Part shown: one piece after another, positions 60,625 to 64,000 of the stretch
How the letters are laid out: each line of letters begins with the position of its first letter
Position numbering within the stretch: position 1 is the stretch's first letter
Assembly (NCBI GenBank): GCA_015059545.1
Contig: SVAG01000002.1
Coordinates: 8,653 to 72,652 of the forward strand
Direction of reading: 5' to 3'
DNA length: 64,000 bases
From: Lactobacillales bacterium
GTDB taxonomy: Bacteria; Bacillota_I; Bacilli_A; RF39; UBA660
Program-made: the position numbers and the translations under genes
The notes under the pieces: model-generated
Databases searched by the model: none
What the model saw: only the letters and a program-made list of their open reading frames with translations
Told to the model about the DNA's origin: nothing

Positions 60625-62811
60625 TTATAGTTCAAATTGAGAATTATATAATTCTGCATAGAAACCATTTTTATCTAATAATTCATTATGATTTCCTTGT
60701 TCAATTATATTTCCATCTTTCATAACAAGAATTAAATCAGCATTCTTAATTGTCGATAGTCTATGTGCAATTATAAATGAAGTTCTTCCTTCTGTTAATT
60801 TATCCATAGCTTTTTGTACTAATTCTTCAGTTCTTGTATCTACATTTGATGTTGCTTCATCAAGTATTAAAAATGGAGCATCTTCTATCATACCACGAGC
60901 AATTGTAAGTAATTGTCTTTGTCCTGCAGATATAGAATCATTTTCTTTAATATTTGAATTATATCCATTAGGAAGTGTTCTAATAAAATGATCTAATCCA
61001 ACTGTTTTACATACTTCTTTTACTTTTTCATCACTTACATTTTCTCTATTATATATAATATTTTCTTTAATTGTTCCTTCAAATACCCATGTATCTTGAA
61101 GTACCATTGTAAATAATTCATGAATATTTTCTCTAGTTAATTCTTTTGTAGAAATTCCATCTATTTTAATATCTCCACTATTTATATTATAGAATTTCAT
61201 AAGAAGATTTACCATTGTTGTTTTACCTGCGCCTGTTGGCCCTACTATAGCTATTTTTTGACCTTTTAATGCTTTAGCACTAAATCCTTTAATTGTTGGT
61301 GCTTCATTTCCATCATATGTAAATGTAACATTATCAAATTCAATATTGCCTTCAACTTCATCTTTGTTTAGATATGTTTTAATATGTGTTTCATCTTCTA
61401 ATTCTTCTTCATCTAAAAATTCAAATACTCTTTCACTTGCAGCTGCAGTTGATTGTAATGTATTTAAAGCTTGTGCAATTTGTGAAAGAGGTGATGTAAA
61501 TAGTCTTACATAAGTTATAAACGCCACTATTACTCCAAATGTAATATGATCGTTCATTACTAATAATGCCCCTACTATACATACTGCTACATATCCTAAG
61601 TTTCCAATGAATCCCATCATAGGCATCATAAGTCCTGATAAAAATTGACTTTTTCTATTAGCTAAACATAAATTTTTATTTAATTCATCAAATTTTTTAT
61701 TAGCTTCTTCTTTTCCATTATATACTTTTACAACATTAAGTCCTGAATATACTTCTTCTATATGACCATTTAAATCTCCTAAATGTTTTTGCCTTAATAC
61801 AAAGTATTTTTGAGACTTAGAAAGTACTTTACCCATAAATATAAATCCAATTAAACTTGATACGATTGCTGTTATAGCCATTATATAATTTGTTACAAAC
61901 ATCATTATTATTGTTCCTATAAATAAAGTAACTGAACTTACTAATGTAGCAAGTGAATGATTCATAGTTTGTGCTATTGTATCAACATCATTGGTTACTC
62001 TAGATAAAATATCACCAGATTGATGTTTATCAAAATATTTAAGAGGTAGTTTGTTTATTTTTTTAGATATTCTACTTCTTAATTTTCTAGCAAATTTATT
62101 TGCTACATCTGTCATAGCAAGTGACTGTATAAATGTAAATAATGCACTAAGTAAATATAATGTTATAAGGAATATTGCAATATTTTTTATTTCTTTCATA
62201 TCCATAAATGGTTCTACTACTTTTCTTACACTTTCTGGCATTTCATCAATTTTTGAATATATTTCTTCAGGTTTAGCATCTTTTTTTAAGGTGCTTATTA
62301 TTTTTAAAAATTCTACTTGATCACTTGATGATATTTTCGTATTATCTATTATTATTTCATCAAATATTACTTTACTTATACTATCGGGTATTTTAATTTT
62401 CATTTTATTTTGTGATAAATTGTTTAATGTTTCTAATAATACTAATTTATCATTTTCTGTTATTGTAACATTATTATAGGTTGTTTCTTTTAAATTAATT
62501 ATTTCATTTACTCTTTGTTTTGTTTTATCACTTTGTAAATTTTCAGTTGTTATTTTGGTTAATTCCTCTAAATTTTTAGTATCAACTACTAGTCCTTTAC
62601 TTATACTATCTGTTAAATCTGATAATTTATCAGGAGCAAGTATTGAAAGTATAGCACCTAATATAGCTAGTATTAAAGATACAACTATTAATACTTTAAA
62701 AGATTTTAGTTCACTAACAAGTCTTTTAATTGACCCTTTAAAATCTTTTGCTTTTTCTACCGGTCTATTTGGACCATGATGTTTTTTTGGAGTCTTATTT
62801 TCATTATTCAT
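60625..62811 (-). CDS. ABC exporter subunit (TMD+NBD) with large extracellular insertion
   Basis: GDILSRVTND, GPTGAGKTT, ISAGQRQ, LDEATS, IAHRLST. Confidence 0.95.
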   Translation of the reverse strand: MNNENKTPKKHHGPNRPVEKAKDFKGSIKRLVSELKSFKVLIVVSLILAILGAILSILAPDKLSDLTDSISKGLVVDTKNLEELTKITTENLQSDKTKQRVNEIINLKETTYNNVTITENDKLVLLETLNNLSQNKMKIKIPDSISKVIFDEIIIDNTKISSSDQVEFLKIISTLKKDAKPEEIYSKIDEMPESVRKVVEPFMDMKEIKNIAIFLITLYLLSALFTFIQSLAMTDVANKFARKLRSRISKKINKLPLKYFDKHQSGDILSRVTNDVDTIAQTMNHSLATLVSSVTLFIGTIIMMFVTNYIMAITAIVSSLIGFIFMGKVLSKSQKYFVLRQKHLGDLNGHIEEVYSGLNVVKVYNGKEEANKKFDELNKNLCLANRKSQFLSGLMMPMMGFIGNLGYVAVCIVGALLVMNDHITFGVIVAFITYVRLFTSPLSQIAQALNTLQSTAAASERVFEFLDEEELEDETHIKTYLNKDEVEGNIEFDNVTFTYDGNEAPTIKGFSAKALKGQKIAIVGPTGAGKTTMVNLLMKFYNINSGDIKIDGISTKELTRENIHELFTMVLQDTWVFEGTIKENIIYNRENVSDEKVKEVCKTVGLDHFIRTLPNGYNSNIKENDSISAGQRQLLTIARGMIEDAPFLILDEATSNVDTRTEELVQKAMDKLTEGRTSFIIAHRLSTIKNADLILVMKDGNIIEQGNHNELLDKNGFYAELYNSQFEL

Positions 62812-64000
62812 GATCTAATTCCTCCTTTCCAAATTGTGATAAAGCAATTTCTTTATATACATCACAAGTTTTAAGTAATTCTTTATGTGTACCCATACCA
62901 ACACATTTACCATTATCTAATACTAATATTTTATCTGCATTCATTATAGTACCTATTCTTTGTGCGACAATTAAACTTGTAGCATCTTTAGTATATTTTT
63001 TTAGTTCACGCCTTAAAACTGAATCCGTTTTATAATCTAGTGCTGAAAATGAATCATCGAAAATATATATTTCAGGATTTCTTGCGATTGCTCTTGCAAT
63101 TGCTAATCTTTGTTTTTGTCCACCACTTATGTTTGTTCCACCACTAGCAATATGTGAATCATACTTATCATCCATTTTTAAAACAAAATCTTTTGCTTGT
63201 GCTACTTCTATTGCTTTTTCTATTGTTTCATTTGTTTTTTCTTTACTACTTTTTCCATATGATACATTTTCTTTAACTGTTCCATTAAACATTACAGCTT
63301 TTTGTGGAACATAACCAATTTTATTATTTAAATATTCTTGTTTATATTCTTTTATATTTATACCATCTATTAATATTTCACCTTCTGTGACATCATAAAA
63401 TCTTGGAACTAAATTTATTAATGTAGATTTACCACTTCCTGTTGATCCTATAAATGCCACAGTTTCTCCTTTATTTGCTTTAAATGAAATATTTTCTATA
63501 ACATATTCTTCTGCATCTGGATATTTAAATGATACATTTTTAAATTCTACTACACCTTTTAACTCATTTAAATCTTTATCTATTGTTCCATCTTTAATTG
63601 AGTTTTCAGTATCTAATACTTCATTAATACGTTTTGCAGATATACTTGCTCTTGGTATCATCATAAATATCATTGCTAACATTAAAAATGACATTATGAC
63701 TTGCATAGCATAACTTGAGAATACCACCATATCCCCAAACAATACTAATTTGTCTACCATTAATGCTTCTTTTATTAAATGTGCACCTATAAAATATATT
63801 GCAAGTGTTAATGTATGTAATACTAAATACATTATAGGTGACATTATAGCAAATGTTTTTTGATTAAATAATTGTTGTTTTGTTAATTTATTATTTACTT
63901 CTTCGAATTTATTTTCACTATAATTTTCAGCATTAAATGCTCTAACTACTCTAATACCATTTAAACTTTCTCTTGTAACTCCATTTATTTTATCAATCAA
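62804..64000 (-). CDS. ABC exporter partner subunit (5' end outside window)
   Basis: GSTGSGKST, ISGGQKQR, degenerate FDDSFSALD and VAQR as in heterodimeric exporters. Confidence 0.95.
   Translation of the reverse strand: MIDKINGVTRESLNGIRVVRAFNAENYSENKFEEVNNKLTKQQLFNQKTFAIMSPIMYLVLHTLTLAIYFIGAHLIKEALMVDKLVLFGDMVVFSSYAMQVIMSFLMLAMIFMMIPRASISAKRINEVLDTENSIKDGTIDKDLNELKGVVEFKNVSFKYPDAEEYVIENISFKANKGETVAFIGSTGSGKSTLINLVPRFYDVTEGEILIDGINIKEYKQEYLNNKIGYVPQKAVMFNGTVKENVSYGKSSKEKTNETIEKAIEVAQAKDFVLKMDDKYDSHIASGGTNISGGQKQRLAIARAIARNPEIYIFDDSFSALDYKTDSVLRRELKKYTKDATSLIVAQRIGTIMNADKILVLDNGKCVGMGTHKELLKTCDVYKEIALSQFGKEELDHE

Noticed and set aside
9149-63314. Other short plus-strand ORFs overlapping pnp, pepC, ftsW, ABC and similar genes
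   Set aside because: They are antisense to well-supported genes and have no RBS or recognisable motifs.

Overview
Very AT-rich chromosomal segment of a low-GC Bacilli-type bacterium. Gene content and composition resemble uncultured gut lineages such as RF39 (inference). It uses genetic code 11: TGA acts as stop in several ATGA overlaps and TGG encodes Trp. Most genes lie on the minus strand. Housekeeping content: sufCDS, pnp-rpsO, gltX, pta, ttcA, pepC, leuA, map, rplS-lepB, murE, coaE-coaD, spoVD-mraY-ftsW/spoVE, a heterodimeric ABC exporter, tRNA-Lys(CTT) and tRNA-Met(CAT). No IS, integrase, prophage or CRISPR array is evident. Features missed by the ORF track: a >=996-aa prepilin-type adhesin with 516-bp tandem repeats (1-2988), a 41-aa poly-Gly/Lys-rich microprotein with its own promoter, RBS and terminator (19910-20035), and a Leu leader-peptide attenuator upstream of leuA. 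Most unusual: two ORF6N/KilA-N paralogues each carry a long, covarying, codon-centred DNA palindrome at the same position of the coding sequence. Other highlights are a sigma70-region-4 + tandem alpha-CTD protein, four tandem Tim44/Zn-ribbon genes, a SpoT/Mesh1-like hydrolase-kinase fusion, a metallopeptidase broken by a single in-frame TGA, and recurrent Lys-rich C-terminal tails. All family calls come from motif recognition by eye, not database searches.
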